This document shows, piece by piece, positions 62,263 through 64,000 of a DNA stretch of 64,000 nt. This DNA comes from Carpediemonas membranifera BICM. Its lineage: Eukaryota > Protista > Fornicata. The translations under genes were made by a program, and so were the position numbers. Each line of letters starts with the position of its first letter. Position 1 is the first letter of the stretch. The notes beneath the pieces are model-generated. The model ran no database searches, was not told the DNA's origin, and worked only from the letters and a program-made list of their open reading frames with translations. The stretch lies in contig JAHDYR010000045.1 in assembly GCA_019828565.1 (NCBI GenBank), forward strand, positions 10,680 to 74,679, given 5' to 3'.

Positions 62263-64000
62263 ACCGTTGCTCTGGGGATGGTATGCTGTCGTTATGTGGA
62301 CGTCGAACCCCATCTCTTCGGAGAGGCGTTTGAACAGAGCGTTTTTGAACTCTGAGCCCCCATCCGATTGGACGACTTCGGGGCATCCGTATCGTAGAAT
62401 CCAGGTGTTGACCAATGCGTTGGCTGCGTCTTTGGCTGAGGTGCTGTTGACCGGGACTAGCTCTGTCCAGCGGGAGCACATGTCGATCATTACTGTCACG
62501 TAGGACAGGCCGTTGACCGTCGGTAGCGGACCCATGGTGTCAATGGCCACACGCCGGAACGGGAGGTCTACAGCTGTATGCAGGCCGTCGGGCGTATCAA
62601 CAGGAGGGCGGGCCAAGACTTGGCACTCTGGACACGCGGTAATCACGTCGTCTACGACTTGACGGGAGACAGACAAACCGTCGGCCCTAAGTTGCTCGGT
62701 TGTCATCCGGCGAGACAGATGAGCTCCTGCTGTGAGATGAGCGCGGGATACCTGATCCCTCGACGCCTGTTGCATGGAGAATACTCTCGAGAGACCGTCG
62801 GCTCCACCGTTGTCCAGACCGGCGATGTGCTGTAGGGTGAAATCTAAATCGGCGATCGAATCAGCCCACCGGCGGACCTTGGCGTTGGTGGACCGGTACA
62901 TATAGAGTAGGTTCCGGTGATCCGTGAGAATAGTAAAGCTCTCCCAGCACAGGAACTTGCGCCATCGTTGTAACGCTGCCACGATAGCGTAGGCTTCTTT
63001 CTCACCGGTGCACCAGCGTGACTGGACGTCGTTGAACGCACGCGACATATAGCAAACTGGTCGGCCCTCTTGGAGTAAGACTGCTCCGTACCCGACATCG
63101 GATGCGTCAGTCATGACGGTGTGAGGCTTAGTCGCGTCGAACATGGCTAGAGCGTCGGCCGAATATAAAGCTTGTTTCAGATCGTCCAGCGACTTCTGAA
63201 GAACGTCTCGAGGGGGTCTGCCGACCGGACATGGCGTCTAGCAGAGGCTTAGCTCGGACCGCGAAGTTGGGTATGTAATCGCGGAAATAGTTGAGGAATC
63301 CGTTGAGACCCTGCATGCCCTTCGTGGATGAAGACAGCTTGAGGTTCGCGATATCTTCGGTCCGCTGGGGTGAGATCTTCACGCTGCCTTGGGATATGAT
63401 CCACCCGAGGAACTCGACCTCTTGCCGACCGAACTGGCACTTATCTCGGCCGAGCTGAAGGTTAAGCTTGTCAACGCGTTGCATGACTTTTTCGAGGTTT
63501 CCCAGGTACTCGTCCTCATCCGCACCCATGACGATGATGTCATCAATGTATATGACACAGGCGGAGCCCACCAGACCCTTGAACCCGTCTTCCATCGCCC
63601 TCTGGAAGTACGCTCCGGCGTTACGTAAGCCGAAGGGCATCCGTGTATATTGGTATTGACCAAAAACAGTACGGAAGGCGGTTAGGTGACGGCACCGTTC
63701 AGTAAGAGGGATCTGATGGTATCCTGCTGACAAGTCTAGGGTAGCGAACACAGACTTTCCGGACAGTTGAGTGAGAACTTCGTCTATGCGAGGGATGGGG
63801 GTAGTCGAATGGTTCCGTTAGTTGATTGATCTCGCGGAAGTCGACGACAAAACGCGTCTTTCCCCCCTTCTTTGGGACTATGATGGTAGGGCTCGCGTAT
63901 TGAGTCTGGCATGCCTCGATGTAGCGCTTTGCCAGGAGCGTATTAATGTGCTCTTGAATGATCGGGACTTTCGGCAGAACATAAGTACGGCGAATAGGGA

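Larger units (their letters stand above)
55768..64000 (-). mobile_element. Sister Gypsy (same family as 49725-55767), interrupted in integrase by 57581-62262; 5' end outside window
   Basis: RT 63128-63751, RH-IN 62267-63144, IN-chromodomain 56812-57580; YHPQSNG|VVERANK rejoins across the nested element. Confidence 0.9.

Overview
Eukaryotic, TE-dense window. The tiny 28-34-nt GT-AG introns, ARF1, GARP-Myb and TBC genes suggest a protist, possibly a Carpediemonas-like metamonad (inference only). (1) 1-~24.6 kb is an accessory island that begins with the C-terminus of a CRESS-DNA-virus-type Rep (SF3 helicase). It carries a chromatin toolkit: a spliced SET-domain gene, a divergent histone H3 lacking K27, a decayed GNAT acetyltransferase, an H4-tail-like KGGK-repeat protein and four CxxCG zinc-finger ORFs, plus a Swt1-like HEPN gene. 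(2) Inserted into the island is a full-length ~11.5-kb APE-RT non-LTR retrotransposon (833-12357, 14-bp TSD). Its upstream ORF contains an arenavirus-NP/Maelstrom-like DEDDh exonuclease. Its 3' UTR holds a ~500-nt conserved structured RNA shared with a nested 760-bp relative. (3) From 24.7 to 64 kb there are at least eight Ty3/Gypsy chromodomain-integrase elements or fragments with very short LTRs (57-145 bp), many nested, plus a block of host genes at 26.9-43.8 kb. The strongest pattern: in all six 5' LTRs visible, the tRNA primer-binding site is replaced by a perfect 10-12-bp palindrome overlapping the LTR's terminal CA (five distinct cores), which suggests an undescribed tRNA-independent priming mechanism. 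Many frameshifts sit in homopolymers and may be assembly errors. All family assignments come from motif recognition by eye, not database searches.
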